NCBI RefSeq assembly: GCF_963921235.1
Contig: NC_086097.1
Span: 173,292,001 to 173,356,000 of the forward strand
DNA: 64,000 nt
Direction: 5' to 3'
DNA from: Mobula hypostoma
Taxonomy: Eukaryota
The stretch's first letter is position 1. Every line of letters starts with the position of its first letter. Positions 24,203 through 37,769 of this stretch are shown piece by piece. The notes under the pieces are model-generated. The model saw only the letters and a list, made by a program, of their open reading frames with translations, was not told the origin of the DNA and ran no database searches. Made by a program: the position numbers and the translations under genes.

Positions 24203-25171
24203 TCAAAGTTCAAAGTATATTTATTATCAAAGTACACATATATCACCATATATATATCACCTGGGATTGGGTTATCCACCTTTCCTACAATACTCTTTGC
24301 ATTGATATATACGCAGCTCAGAACATTAGTCCCACCATGCAAGACCTCTTAATTCCTGACTTTGTATGTAAGCTTAACAACATCTTTCTCCACAACCACT
24401 CCAACATCTGTTCTGATGCTCTGCTACCCACCCCACTGTGCAGATCTAGCAAACCTTTCTGCAAGGATATTAGCACCTCTCCAGTTCAGGTGCAAACAAA
24501 ATTCCCACTGAACTGAACTTACTTTCAAGGACTTTATCATGTTTTCGGTATTTATTGCTTATTTATTTTTTATTATTATGTCCTTTTGGGTGCAGTCATT
24601 CATTGATTCTGTTATGTTTCTTGTATTCACTGTGATGCCTGAAAGAAATTGAATCAGGGTTGTATATGTAGACATATATGTACTTTGATAGAAATAAAAG
24701 CATGCTTTGAACTTTGAGAGGAAATAACAACAAAAATAAGACATGAAAACAGATACAAGAAAAGTAAGCTTAAAACATCAATTGATGATTGGGAAATTGG
24801 CAGTGAGAGAGACAAAGAGACAAAGGCAGGGAGACAAAAATTGATCTTTCATTAAATTTTACGTCTATGACCAATGTTATTCTAATAAAATGATTCACAC
24901 AGTCAAAGGATCTAGTAATATATGTGAGCACAAAAGCAGAAACTAATGGTTCATGAAATATGTCAAATGACATGATTCACTCAGCCCAACTTCTGCTTAA
25001 TACAATAAAGGCACTTATTTAGTCATTGTCATAGAGTCATACAGCATGGAAACAGGTCCTGCTGCCAGGTTCTTCCATGCCAACCATGGTGCTTACCAAG
25101 TTAGTCCAATTTGCCTGCATTTGACTGATAACCTATTTAAACCCTTTCTATCGATATTCTAATACCTAAAT

Positions 25172-26339
25172 CAGCGGTCCCCAACCACCGGGCTGCAAAG
25201 CACGTGCCACTGGGCCGCGATGAAACAATATGATTTGGCGATATGAAATGATATGAGTCAGCTGCACCTTTCCTCATTCCCTGTCACGCCCACTGTTGAT
25301 CTTGAACGCACACGAGGTCATTACCCGTGCGTCATCCATGTCAGCGCCGGAAAAAGATCAACTCCTCGAGCTTGCAAATGCCGGTGGGCTGAAAAGTATG
25401 TTTGACATAACATCTCTGCCGGCATTCCGGATCAAAGTCAAGGCTGAATATCCTGAGATAGCCACAAACGCACTGAAAACGTTGCTTCCATTTCCAACAT
25501 ACCTCTGCAATGAATGCAACGAAAACTAAATTCTGGAATAGACTGGACATAAGGAACCCCCTTCGAGTATCGCTGTCTCCCATCACCCCTCGATGGCACT
25601 GTCTTGTTGCAGGGAAACAAGCCCAGGGCTCCCACTGATTCAGCGATATTGGTGTGTTGCAATGATTTTATATGTTTATATAGGGAAAATATGTGCTGTG
25701 TGTTTAATATCCAAACGTTACTTAAAATGTTATGATGCTATTGACTTATAAGTGACTTATATAACCATATAACAATTACAGCACGGAAACAGGCCATCTG
25801 TGCCCTTCTAGTCCATGCCGAACGCTACTCTCACTTAGTCCCACCGATCTGCACTCAGACCATAATCCTCCGTTCCTTTCCAATATCCAATTTTTCTTTA
25901 AATGATAATATCGAACCTGCCTCTCCCACTTCTACTGGAAGTTCGTTCAACACTTACTTCAAGCTCTCCTGTCCTCCCCTGATAATTGACTTATCGCTAT
26001 ATTCATGCAAGGAAAATATGCGCTGTGTGTTTAATATTAAATTCGTTAGATAAACCCTTTTAGAAACGAAATTGAGTGTATTAGCCACCTATCACCTATA
26101 TTCTGGTTGTGATTAACACCCCCCCCGAACAGAATCACCAAAAACGATTTGTAGAAAAAAATTGGCACATACACGCATGCGCACACAGGTGCCCGCGTAA
26201 GGCTTCATGGTCATGGTAGTCTTTCTCAGGGTAAACACAACGTATTTGACTGCTACTCTTGTCCGTTGGCAACCCTACTCCCCCACCCCCCGCCCCCGGG
26301 TTGACTGGTCCGCTGTGCAAAAAAGGTTGGGGACCCCTG
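25172..26339 (+). mobile_element. hAT (Charlie/Buster-like) deletion derivative
   Basis: TIRs cagcggtccccaacc / ggttggggacccctg; perfect 8-bp TSD ACCTAAAT (25164-25171 and 26340-26347); dimerization-domain remnant KVKAEYPEIATNALKTLLPFPT..VAGKQAQGSH*. Confidence 0.9.
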
Positions 26340-27256
26340 ACCTAAATGCCTTTTTTACTGGGCAGCATACAGTCTGAGCAAAAGTAACTTGAACCAGTAC
26401 TAAAACAGGTTTTCAGTTGTTTGATATTTTTCTTTATTCAGATCCCAGCCTAGAAATAATTTTATTTATTTCAGCAAAATGTTCTGCCACACAGGGAGTT
26501 GTTTCAATTAGCATGGTGAAGCTAGCATTTGGCTTGCGTGGACTGAGGTGATGAAGAAATTTTCGGTACAGTGAACCAATGGACAAGAAAATTGAAAGAA
26601 GTGATAACATTTTCGAGAGTATGATAATGTAAAATATTGTTAATAATATTGTAACAATAAAGAAACAAAATTAAGGCAACATCTGCTTCTTCTCAGTTAT
26701 AAAAAGCTATGTTAGTCATTAACTGCACATATAATTTTGGCAAACACATTACTTACATGTAATGATGTTGGACTTGAAGTTGATTACATTAATCATCAGT
26801 AGCCAAGCCAATTTATAATGTATTAATGGTCCAGATCTTACTTATGTTAATTACGTGACCTTTCCTCACTCTTTGAGTTGAAAGTGAATGTTAAGCATAT
26901 TGGGACAGCAAGGGGAAATCAGCTTCAGGGACTTACTAAGAAAGCATATCAACGTATGTCTTGCTAATCAGCAGCCAGCTTGGAAGAGAGGAATGAATGA
27001 AAAGGAAGCAAGAAAATTAAAGTCAAATAGATTGAAACGAACATAGGAAAACAAGTCTGTCTATGAGCTCTCTAATTTATTCCACTCTTCAAAATGGTAA
27101 GACCTGTGATTTAATTCCATGTACGCACCTCCAATTCACTTTGCTTATTAACCCGGTTATCAAATGACCAAAAATCTTTTATGACTACGAATTAAAATAA
27201 CATCACTTTCAGTTTTCAGAAGCACATTTCTCCTGGCTAAAAACAAAATACTGCAG

Positions 27257-27661
27257 ATGCAGTACGCCAGTGATGTTGTGGCGATGGAACTGGACTGTCT
27301 GCCGGTGGTGTCTCAAAAGAGGATGCTGTCCAAGTTGCATGCCATCTTGGACAATGTCTCCCATCCACTACATAATGTACTGGGTGGGCACAGGAGTACA
27401 TTCAGCCAGAGGCTCATTCCTCCAAGATGCAGCACAGAGCATCATAGGAAGTCATTCCTGCCTGTGGTCATCAAACTTTACAACTCCTCCCTTGGAGGGT
27501 CAGACACCCTGAGCCAATAGGCTGGTTCTGGACTTATTTCCTGGCATAATTTGCATATTACCATTTAACTATTTATGGTTTTATTACTATTTATTATTTA
27601 TGGTGCAACTGTAACGAAAACCGATTTCCCCTGGGATCAATAAAGTATGACTATGACTATG
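27257..27661 (+). mobile_element. Rex/Babar-type LINE 3' end
   Basis: ILDNVSHPLH..RKSFLPVVIKLYN; AATAAA followed by a (tatgac)n tail. Confidence 0.75.
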
Positions 27662-28319
27662 CAAACAATCTGAAACAAAAACAAACTGGTGTAAGTAGCC
27701 TGTAGTCAGATCACATCCTTAGTAAAGATTATTAACTACACTCATTTGTTTAGATTCGCTCTTCACAGATGCTGTTTGACCACCTGAGTACTTACAGCAT
27801 TTTCTGTTTTTGTTTTTCTCCTTTCTATGAAGCAGGGTTTCTGAATTCCCCTTTTCAAAGTGCTATCTTCCATTTTAGACCAAATTTGCACAAAGTCACA
27901 ATTTTTGACCTTGTGACTCACTGGAGAGGAAACATTGGATTTTTTTCTCTAAAGCTAACCTTCCATTTATTTAATATCTCAGTTAACTCAGTTAAATCAT
28001 TCTTCAACTATGGCCAAAATGATATTTATGAGCAGTGGTGTCTAAAGCTAATCATTTTATCAGGATATAGATTTATTCAGCTTAACATTACATCTTGTTT
28101 TCCAAGCTTTTAGCAATATAGGTCAGAGTTTGATTCTGCTACCATTCTGTATAAATATGAAGGTAAACTAATCAATAATATAAAACATTATAACAAAAGA
28201 TTTTTCAAATATATAAAGCGTAAAAAAAAAGAGGCAAGAAGGGAGAGAGGCAATTGACAGGATTTTATAGGCCAGTTAGCCCAACTTCAGCGTTTGCAAC
28301 ATGCTAGAGTTAGTCATTA

Positions 28320-29415
28320 AGGATAACATTTCGGGGTACTTGGAGACACATGATAATAGGTTGAAGTCAGCATGGATTCCTTTCGCAGATATCTTGCCTT
28401 ATAGAGTGGGAATAAAGGGGCCTTTTCTAGTTGGCTGCTAGTGACTAGTGGAGTTCCATATTGGTTGGTGTTGAGTCCATTACCTTTCACAATATATGTT
28501 AATGATCTGAAATTGACGGCTTTGAGGCCAGGTTTTCTGATGATACAAAGATAGGTGGAGGAGTAGGTAGTGTTGATGAAGCAGGAAACCTTCAGAAGGA
28601 CTTGGACAGATTGGGAGAATGGGAAAAGAAATTGCAGATGGAATACAGTAAAGGGAAGTATATGGTCATGCACTTCGATAGAAGGAATAAAGGCATAGAC
28701 TATTTTCTAAAAAGAGAGAAAATTCAGGATCAGAGATGCAAAGGGTCATGGGAATCCTAGAGCAGGATTCCCTAAAGGTTAACTTGTAGCTTGACTCGGT
28801 AGTACAGAAGACAAATGCAACATTAGCATTCAAGTCAAGAAGACCAAAATAGAAAAGAAAGATTTTATAAGGCATTGGTCAAAGCACACTTGGAGTATTG
28901 TGAGCAGTTTTAGGGCCGCATACCTAAAAAAAGATGAGCTGACATTGGAGAATGTCCAGAGGAGGTTCATAAGAATGAAAGGGTTAACGTATAAGGAGCG
29001 TTTGATGGTTCTTGGCCTGTATTCACTGAAGTTTAAAAGAATGAGGGAGGGATCTCAATAAAACCTATCAAATATTGAAAGGCCTAGGTAGAATGGAGGT
29101 GAAGAGTATGGTGGGGGAGTCTAGGACCAGATGGCACAGCCTCAGAATGTAGGAACATCCCTTTAAAATAGAGATGAGAAATTTCTATATTCAGAGGATG
29201 GTGAATCTGTGGAACTTATTGCCAGAGATGGCTGTGGAAGCCAATTCACTGGGTATATTTAAAACAGAGGTTGATAGTTCTTGATAAGTAAGGGCATCTA
29301 AAGTTATGAGAAGGCAGGATAATGGTGTTGAGAGAGAAAATAAACATGCCATGATTGAATGATGGAGCAGATCTATGGGTCTAATGGCTTAATTTTGCCA
29401 CTATGTCTTATGGTT
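28320..29415 (+). mobile_element. CR1 LINE, internally deleted
   Basis: SQHGF and VTSGVP motifs plus C-terminal CR1 motifs; tail ctatgtcttatgg. Confidence 0.85.
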
Positions 29416-31088
29416 TTATTTTATTATTTTCTTACCATGACACTTTTTTATGTAGGCAACAACTGAAGTATTGTATGTTCACTGTCCGTAATTTTTTTCA
29501 GGCTTTAGAAAATATTCCATTTTTCATGTTTTAAAATCAGACACATCAATATTTCCAGCATTGAAATCCACCTGCCAGAGTTTTCCTGTCCAATTTATGA
29601 TGCTTAATTCGAAGCTTAATACTTTCATCTACATTGTACTATCTTCCATATACTGCTGGTAAAATGGAAATGTGGCTTTCTATTCCTCCTTCTAAATCAA
29701 TTTGTATCTAGTGAACAGAAACAATTGTATCACAATCCATGCAAAAGACCAATGTCACATCTTGCCTACTCTTCCAAATGTACATTAAGCCTAATTCCAA
29801 TCTTCTAGGGCTTCGTCATTTTTAGAAGCAGATCAATAACTGCGGTCAATTTCCTGAGCAAATTTAGCTACAACTGCCAAGACAAATCACTTAAGTATTC
29901 TTTTGAACCCTATGTAAATACTAGACAAAAAATATTTCCCACGTCCAAAGCTCTGCCAGATATCACAGCGTTCATGCAAATCTGCTATATCATCTACTGT
30001 GCCATTTATTCTCTTCTGCAATTTAAACCTTTGTTGACTCTCTCTGAATGACAGATATTAGCTTTACTACTTCATGATTCACTTGCTTTCCTCTTATTTT
30101 TCTTAAAATCTAGTGACATTTTTAAGAAAAATAAGGTATTATTTTTAATGTAATCAAATTGGTCTGATTTTCCAATATAATTAATGCTTCCTATATTGAT
30201 AGAATTTTGCAAGATTATAATTAAAACTTTGATAATGTTCTCATCTATTTTCTTTATTCTGATTCTGGGGCTTTGCCGTTCTTATACCATTGTTTTCTTC
30301 ATTTGTTTCCTTATGTTAAATTGGATAAGTCTCCACCACAATTCAGTAACATATTTTTGGGTCTTTGACACAATATTCCATTCTTAGCTGCAAATCATGG
30401 TGCATATTAATTATTGAAATGTTGGACTTCCCCGATTTTCAATTGCAATTTTATCACTGTTTGCTTGCAAAGGTCCAGCTTTACTACTTACCGCTTCTCA
30501 ATTATAAATTGTGTTGGTATAGATTTTAATATCCCTTGTAATATTCCCATTTTTCTTGTACCTCTTATGACTTCTTTTACATAAGAAAATAAGAAATAGG
30601 AGCAGGAGTAGCCATCTAGGTCATCGAGCCTACTCCGCCATGGTTAATTAGGCCGTGTATTCAGCTCCACCTACCTGCCTTTTCCCCATAACTTCTTAAT
30701 TCCATTGCCAAGTAAAAATTTATCTTTCTGTGTTTTAAATATATTTAATGAGATAGCCTCTACAGCTTCCCTGAGCAGATCCTCCCTGGAAAGAGGATTT
30801 TCTCCTCACCTCTGTCCTAAATATATTCCCCAAAATCTTGAGGGTATGTCCCCAATTATGACCTATTACTGTTCTTTATATCTCTCCCACTCACCAAAAT
30901 ATGTGGTAGAGGTTTTTTTTGCTTTTAAAATTATCTACACATGGCATTTTCTTCTGGCAAGCTGTGCTCTTAACCCTCAGGGAAAAATTGAGTTCTGCAT
31001 AATTGGAAACTTAGTTCTGGAATTCCCTGTAATGCACGCTAACCTCCCGCAATCCCTGACTTCCCACTAACAAACTACTATAAATAGA

Positions 31089-31190
31089 AAACAACACATA
31101 CAATTAGCTGGAGGAACTCAGCAGGCCAGGCAGCATTAATAGAAAAGAATTAAGAGTTGATGTTTCTGGCTGAGATCCTTCTTCAGGACA
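31089..31190 (-). mobile_element. Short decayed Penelope-like terminal fragment
   Basis: gctggaggaactcagcaggccaggcagcat..gatgtttctggctgagatccttcttcaggac, related to the other pLTR copies. Confidence 0.55.
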
Positions 31191-31639
31191 ATATAAATAG
31201 ATTTTCTTATATGATTCTGAACTCACTCACCATGGTGAGGTTACTCTTGCTAATGCTAAAATCTTCATTTTCCTTCTTTTTGAAGACCACATCGATAGTG
31301 ATCATACCATCACTGTTAGGGAAAAGTTCACGCATCTTTACAAATGATGGTTCATTGTTTGTTACTAAATCTAACAATGACGTGTCTCTTTGTAGGTCCT
31401 AGGACATTATAAAGTAAAAGAATCCTAACCAAACTGACCAAATTCTCTAGAGAATGGAATTTCAAATATGACTGGGATGAAAATACACTGATGCAGGAAG
31501 CTGTACGCAAAAACAAACATAATCATCAATGTAAGTCTCAAGCCACAACTTGAAGGAAATAAATCCGAATTTGAATCAGGTTTAAAATCATTACAATTGT
31601 CACGAATTTATTTATTATGAAATCTCTTCATATTGTACT

Positions 31640-31762
31640 GATGAAGGGTCTCAGCCTGAAATGTCGACTGCACTCTTTTCCATAGATACTGCCTGGCCTG
31701 CTGAGTTCCTCCAGCACTTTATGTATGTTGCTTGAATTTCCAGCATTTGCAGATTCTCCCTT
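31640..31762 (+). mobile_element. Short Penelope-like terminal fragment with a degenerate hammerhead
   Basis: CTGATGAagggtctcagcctGAAAtgtcgact..gcttgaatttccagcatttgcaga. Confidence 0.6.
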
Positions 31763-33747
31763 GTTTGTCATGAAATTTGTTGTTTTGTGGCAGCAGTACA
31801 TTAGAATACATAATAATAGTAAATTACAGTAAGAAATATACATAAGGTTCCGGTGACGTCATCATCCAGAATGGCAGCTTAAATCAAGAGCCCCATATTT
31901 TGCCCCGTTAATCCATCAAGTATAAGATCTTCTGAAAATATCTGAATTGATAAGGGGGGCAAGAATGGGGAAAAAGAATGGAGATAGTAAAAGCATCACT
32001 GCGGAGCCTATGGAAGAGAGAGGTGCAATGCGCGGCTCTCTTACACGCGCACGTGGTGGTGAAGCTGACACTGGGCCTCGTTCAAGTGAAGTGGCAAATA
32101 TGATAAGGATTTTGGAAGAGATAAGGGAAGTCCAAAAAGATATAAAATGGCAACTCAATGATATCAAGTCAGAGCTCGCCAACGTCAATCAGAAAATAGC
32201 GGTGGCAGAGACTCAAATTGAGAAGGTGAAAGATCGCGTGCAAAATGTGGAACGGATACTAAGTAAGATGATAAAAATATTAGATCAACAGGAAAGTAAA
32301 CTGCTTGACCAGGAGGGAAGATCGTGATGGAAAAATATCAGGATTTATAATGTTCCCGAAGGAGCAGAGGGATTGTCGATGACGGAGTTTGTAGAAAAGT
32401 TGCTGCAGGGAGTGCTGGAGATTCCTCCGACTATGGAGATTGAAATTGAGAGGGCGCATCGTGCACTCGTCCGGAGGCCTCCGGGAGACGGAGAAAGTAA
32501 GCCACGCTCAATAGTACTCAGATTCCTTCGATTCAAGAGCAAGGTGGAGATTCTACGAAGGGCCTGGGGTAAGAAGAGGGTGTTTTGGAACAGGAAGTTA
32601 ATATACTTCGATCATGATTACCCCCTGGCGGTCCTACAGAAACGGAAGGAATATTCCGAAGCGAAACGAATATTAAAGCAAGAAAAGATTAAATTCCAAA
32701 CCCCGTACCCTGCTAAACTGAGAGTATTTTACGAAGCAGAGATACAGCTATATCAGACAGTAGAAGAGGCGACTACAAACATGAACACAGTGGCTAACTT
32801 TAGAAGTGCTGATAAACGAAACGGATGCAAAAATAGGCGGTGATATACCTATCTCAAGAAATACGTATTATAATGTGGATCTTATATTACTCAATTTTTC
32901 TTACTCATTCATTCACTCCTTCTTCCCCACCTAAATGAGAATATGTATATGGGATGAATACACAGGGAAATCATTTCTGTGTAATGGACATAGATTTTTT
33001 TTTACTTACTTTTATAGGTACTGCAGCGGGGGCCCTCAACTCACAGGTAGGAGGGGCTATCCCTCATAGCTAGACATTTCCTCTAGCTCAACGCAGGGTC
33101 ATCTAGAGACCCCAGCCTTGGAATCACACCTTCATTACCTTTTTTTCATTATTCACGTTTCTTGGTTCTTATTTGTTCAGGGAGTAGATCGATTAAGTTA
33201 TATTTTGCAAATTTCAATGATATACTAACAGATAAATACACATAGCTAAGGACAAAGTAAAATTCATTTCTTTTAATGTCAATGGGCTGTTAAATCCAAT
33301 CAAACACAGTAAAATTCTATCAAAAATGCAAAAAGAACAAGCCCATGTAGTATATTTACAGGAAACTCACTTAAGTGATAATGAGCATGGAAAATTAAAG
33401 AGAATGGGCTTCACTAATTTGTTTTTCTCCTCATATAAATCAGGACATAGAAGAGGAGTTGCTACTCTCATCTCAAGCAAGCTAAATTTTGAAAAAGTAT
33501 TCGAAATGGGAGATAAGGAGGGCAGATATATTCTGGTAAGGGGGAATATAGACTGAAATCCAGTGATCTTATTGAATATATACGCACCCCCAGTAAGTGA
33601 TATTAGTTTCTTCCAGAAAATTACTAATATTATGGTAACGGAAACAGTAGATCTCTTGATATGTGGGGGTGACTTAAATTTACAATTACAACCAAAGTTA
33701 GACTCTTCCAATAGAAAAACTTATGAAACAAAGTCCTTACATAAGAA

Positions 33748-33804
33748 CGCAAACATGAGGAATTCTGCAGATGCTGGAAATTCAAGCAACACACATTTGT
33801 GTGT
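33748..33804 (-). mobile_element. Penelope terminal fragment flanked by a 14-bp direct duplication
   Basis: 57-bp insert (gaggaattctgcagatgctggaaattcaagcaacacaca..) between two copies of TCCTTACATAAGAA (33734-33747 and 33805-33818). Confidence 0.75.
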
Positions 33805-34090
33805 TCCTTACATAAGAAAGTTAACACTCTTTTTGAGGATGTTGGTCTAATTGATATATGGACGGGTCTTTTCCCCAATAGAAGGGATTACACTCATTAT
33901 TCTGCACCCCATTCTGTATATACAAGAATAGACTATTTCATAACATTTGGAAAAGATAAAGCCAAAATAAACACCTGTGGAATTGGAACAATAGACGTAA
34001 GTGACCATGCACCTATATATTTATCTGTTGATTTTGACCTGCAACCAAAGAATACTATTTGGAAACTAAATTCAAGTCTACTCAATGATT

Positions 34091-34568
34091 CATCAAAGTT
34101 GCTGGTGAACACAGCAGGCCAGGCAGCATCTCTAGGAAGAGGTACAGTCGACGTTTCGGGCCGAGACCCTTCGTCAGGACTAATTGAAAGAAGAGCTAGT
34201 AAGAGATTTGAAAGTGGGAGGGGGAGAGGAGATCCAAAATGATAGGAGAAGACAGGAGGGGGAGGGATGAAGCCAAGAGCTGGACAGGTGATTGGCAAAA
34301 GGGATATGAGAGGATCATGGGACAGGAGGCCCAGGGAGAAAGAAAAGGGGGAGGGGGGAAAACCCAGCGGATGGGCAAGGGGCATAGTGAGAGGGACAGA
34401 GGGAGAAAAAGGAGAGTGAGAGAAAGAATGTGTGTATATAAATAAATAATGGATGGGGTACGAGGGAGAGGTGGGGCATTAGCGGAAGTTTGAGAAGTCA
34501 ATGTTCATGCCATCAGGTTGGGGGCTACCCAGACGGAATATAAGGTGTTGTTCCTCCAACCTGAGTGT
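34091..34568 (-). mobile_element. Penelope-like element: GIY-YIG C-terminus plus pLTR with hammerhead (34146-34181)
   Basis: Minus strand encodes TLRLEEQHLIFRLGSPQPDGMNIDFSNFR*; intact AGTC-CTGACGA-AGGGTCTCGGCCC-GAAA-CGTC-GACT. Confidence 0.8.
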
Positions 34569-35090
34569 ATTAATTATTTATATACAGATTCTTTCTCTCT
34601 CTCACTCCTTTTTCAGTATGTTAATAGGACGGTTAAAAATGTAACCAAGGCAAGTACATGTTTGATAGAGCTATTTAGAAAAGCATATAATTCAGATAAC
34701 GGTACAGTAGTAGAATAATTTCAAGCCTGTATAAGGGTTTGTCACATCTTAAAACACATTCAACTTCATACATTAAAACAAAATGGGAGAAGGAAGGATA
34801 ATAATATGAGGAAGAATGGACAATAATATGGAGATATCAATGGAAGTGTACCAGTTCACAGAAATGGAGGGAGTTCAGGTGGAAAAACTTGATAAGATAT
34901 TTTATTACACCCTCTCAGAATCCCATTATGATAGTAACCTCCCTGTTTGCTGGGGAAATTGTGGAAATCAAAATGCAAACTATTATCATATCTTCTGGGA
35001 ATGCCCCATTATCAAGAACTATTGGAGTGGGATACACAATGCTCTACAAGACATCTTTAAATGTGAAATACCCTCAGAAAGTAAGACCAT

Positions 35091-35857
35091 GGGGTTCCAG
35101 TGACGTCATCCTTCAGAATGGCAGCTTAAATCAACAGCTCTTTCGGAAAAACACATATATTGCCCCGTTAATCCATCAAATATAAGATCTTTCGAAAATA
35201 TCTGAATTGATGAGGGGGGCAGGAATGGGGAGAAAGAATGGAGATAAAAAAAAGCACCACTGCGGAGCTGATGGAAGAGAGTGGTACAGCACGCGGCTCT
35301 CCTACACGTGCGCGTGGTGGCGAGGCTGACACTGGGCCTAGTGCAGGCGAAGCGGCAAATATGATAAAGGGTTTGGAAGAGATAAGGGAAGTCCAAAAAG
35401 AAATAAAGCAGCAACTCAATGATATAAAGTCAGAGCTCGCCAACGTCAATGAGAAAATAGCAGTGGCAGAGACTCGAATTGAGAAGATGGAAGATCACGT
35501 GCAAAACATGGAACAGATACTAAGTAAGACGGTGAAAATATTAAATCAACATGAAAGTAAATTGCTTGACCAGGAGGAAAGATCGCGACAGAAAAATATC
35601 AGGATTTATAATGTTCCCGAAGGAGCAGAGGGATTGTCGATGATGCACTTTGTAGACAAGCTGCTGCGGGAAGTGCTGGAGATTCCTCAGACTACGGAGA
35701 TTGAATTTGAAAGGGCGCACCAGTCGCTTGTCCAGCAGTCTCCCGAAGACAGAGAAGGTAAACCACACTCCATTGTACTTAGATTCCTTCGATTCAAGAG
35801 CAAGGCGGAGATTCTACGAAGGGCCTGGGTTAAGAAGAGGGTGTTTTGGAATGGGTA
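35091..35857 (+). mobile_element. Second copy of the same L1 family: 5' UTR plus ORF1 only
   Basis: Begins ggggttccagtgacgtcatc, like 31846; ORF 35238-35858 is colinear with the first ORF1. Confidence 0.85.
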
Positions 35858-35863
35858 GTTATA

Positions 35864-35867
35864 TGTG

Positions 35868-35918
<51 letters not shown>

Positions 35919-35920
35919 AA

Positions 35921-35956
<36 letters not shown>
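35864..35956. repeat. Compound inverted microsatellite (TG)n-(GA)n-(AC)n
   Basis: Read directly from the sequence. Confidence 0.95.
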
Positions 35957-35958
<2 letters not shown>

Positions 35959-36289
35959 GGTATGTCGAATTACCGGGTGAACAAGTAGTCTTTGGGGTAC
36001 TGCAAGTATGTGTCTTTACTGATGCTTTGCTGCATGCATGAGCGCTCAGTAGAGGGTGCCGATGCTTTTATGCTGGTAGGGGAGGGGGGGTCATCGCTTT
36101 CCTGCTGCTTGTGGGTGGGGGAGCTGGGGGGGGGGCTTTGGGGTTCTAACATTTAACTGTCATTCATTGTTGAAGCACTCCTTTGCTTACATGGATGTTT
36201 GCGAAGAAAAAGAATTTCAGGATGTATATTGTATACATTTCTCTGACTTTAAATGTACCTATTGAAACCTAAGAACGCATCCTTAATTT

Positions 36290-37030
36290 GCACCAGTGTC
36301 AATTGTCAGTGAGGAGAGATTTTATTTCTGATCCACACAGACTGTGGTCTTCCAGTGAGGAAGTCAAGGTTCAGTTGCAGAGGGATTTAGAGAGGCCCAG
36401 ATTTTAGAGACTGCTGATTAGAACTGAGGGGATTATCATGTTGAATACTGTGCTATCATCAATAAAGAGCAGCCTGATGTACATATTGCTATTGTCCAGA
36501 TGATCTAAGGCCAAGTGGACAGCCAGTGAGATTGCATCTGCTATAGACCTATTGTGGTGATAGGCAAATAGCAGTGGGTCCAGGCCCTTGCTTTGGTAGG
36601 AGTTGATTCTGGCCCTGACTAACCTCTCAAAGTCACTCATTACAGTAAATGTGAGGGCAACTGGGCAATAATCGTTGAGGCAGCTCACCCTGCTCTTCTT
36701 GGGGACTGGTATCATTGTCACTCTTTTGAAGCAGGTGGAAATATCTGACTGCAGCAATGAGAGACAGATGTCCTTGAACACTCCAGCCATTTGGTTGGCA
36801 CAGATTTCCAGTGACCTACTCGGTACACCATCAGAGACTTGACATCTTGCAAGATGTTCTGACGTCAAGACTCACAGGGTCACCAGATGCTGCAGGGATT
36901 CGCACAGGCCTAGTTGCATTTGTCCTTTCAAAGGATGCATAAACGGCCTTGAGCTCATTAGCTTTGTGTATGTCCAGCATGTTTTTGAAGGCACACACTT
37001 CTCCACACAGGTCTTCATGAAGTTGGTAAC
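36290..37030 (-). mobile_element. Rex/Babar-type LINE RT fragment
   Basis: ORF 36404-36868 (IPVPKKSRVSCLNDYCPVALT..LDPLLFAY..IRLLFID..FNMIIP). Confidence 0.8.
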
Positions 37031-37769
37031 AACCATGAAGTATATATTTAGATTTGAAGACAAGTTTTGGTTTCAAAAATATGTTCAGCATCACAACTTA
37101 GGCCAATTGCAAGTTTAGATTGGTTGTTGTCACAGAAGGTCCAAAGTGGACGGTGTGTGGGACATCAAAGCCCTGTCATGGGTCTCAGGGAAGGGATTGG
37201 GAGATTAATCTAATGGATAACCAGCTCTGGAAGATTAGGGCAGGTCATGGTCAGGATGGAAGTTAAGGATGATTAGCTTGCATAATGCAGGGACAGGAAA
37301 AGGTTTCAGAGGTAAGGGATGGCCACAATGCTAGGGGAATAAGGCTGTCAGATAAGTGCCTAATGATAGGGTGAAGTTTCTCCTCCAATGTCACGGAGGA
37401 ACACTCACGAAGAACCATATAGGTTATTCTTGCTCTGATTTCTTATTTACTTTTCTTTATTGTCATTGTCTTCTTCCATTGCATATGTTTGTTATCTATC
37501 ACATCTTGCAACATGTTCATTTTCTATTTAATGTATAGGTGAAGAGATTTTGTGTTCCCTACAACAGAACGTAGAATATGAAATGGCATAGCACAGGAAC
37601 AGGCCACTTGGCCTACAATGTTGTGCTGAACCAATTAAATTAGTAATCAAATATCTTAGTATCTCTGCTTCGTATAGATCGTCATATCTGTACACTCTAT
37701 CTTATGCCAGTAATGTGTAATTTAGTACCCCACCTCAAATGGAACTATGTTTGTTTCCTACTTTTAGTC

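Larger units (their letters stand above)
31846..35090 (+). mobile_element. L1-clade LINE: 5' UTR, ORF1, ORF2 endonuclease and C-terminal Cys region; RT deleted
   Basis: ORF1 NIRIYNVPEG..IERAHR..PRSIVLRF..YPAKLRV (premature stop near 32325); APE SFNVNGL..LQETHL..GGDLN..YTRIDYF..SDHAP; C-terminal CWGNCG..YYHIFWECP. Confidence 0.85.

Noticed and set aside
35238..35858. 206-aa ORF as a domesticated L1TD1-like gene
   Set aside because: Truncated L1 ORF1 with a close paralog about 3 kb upstream; no sign of domestication.
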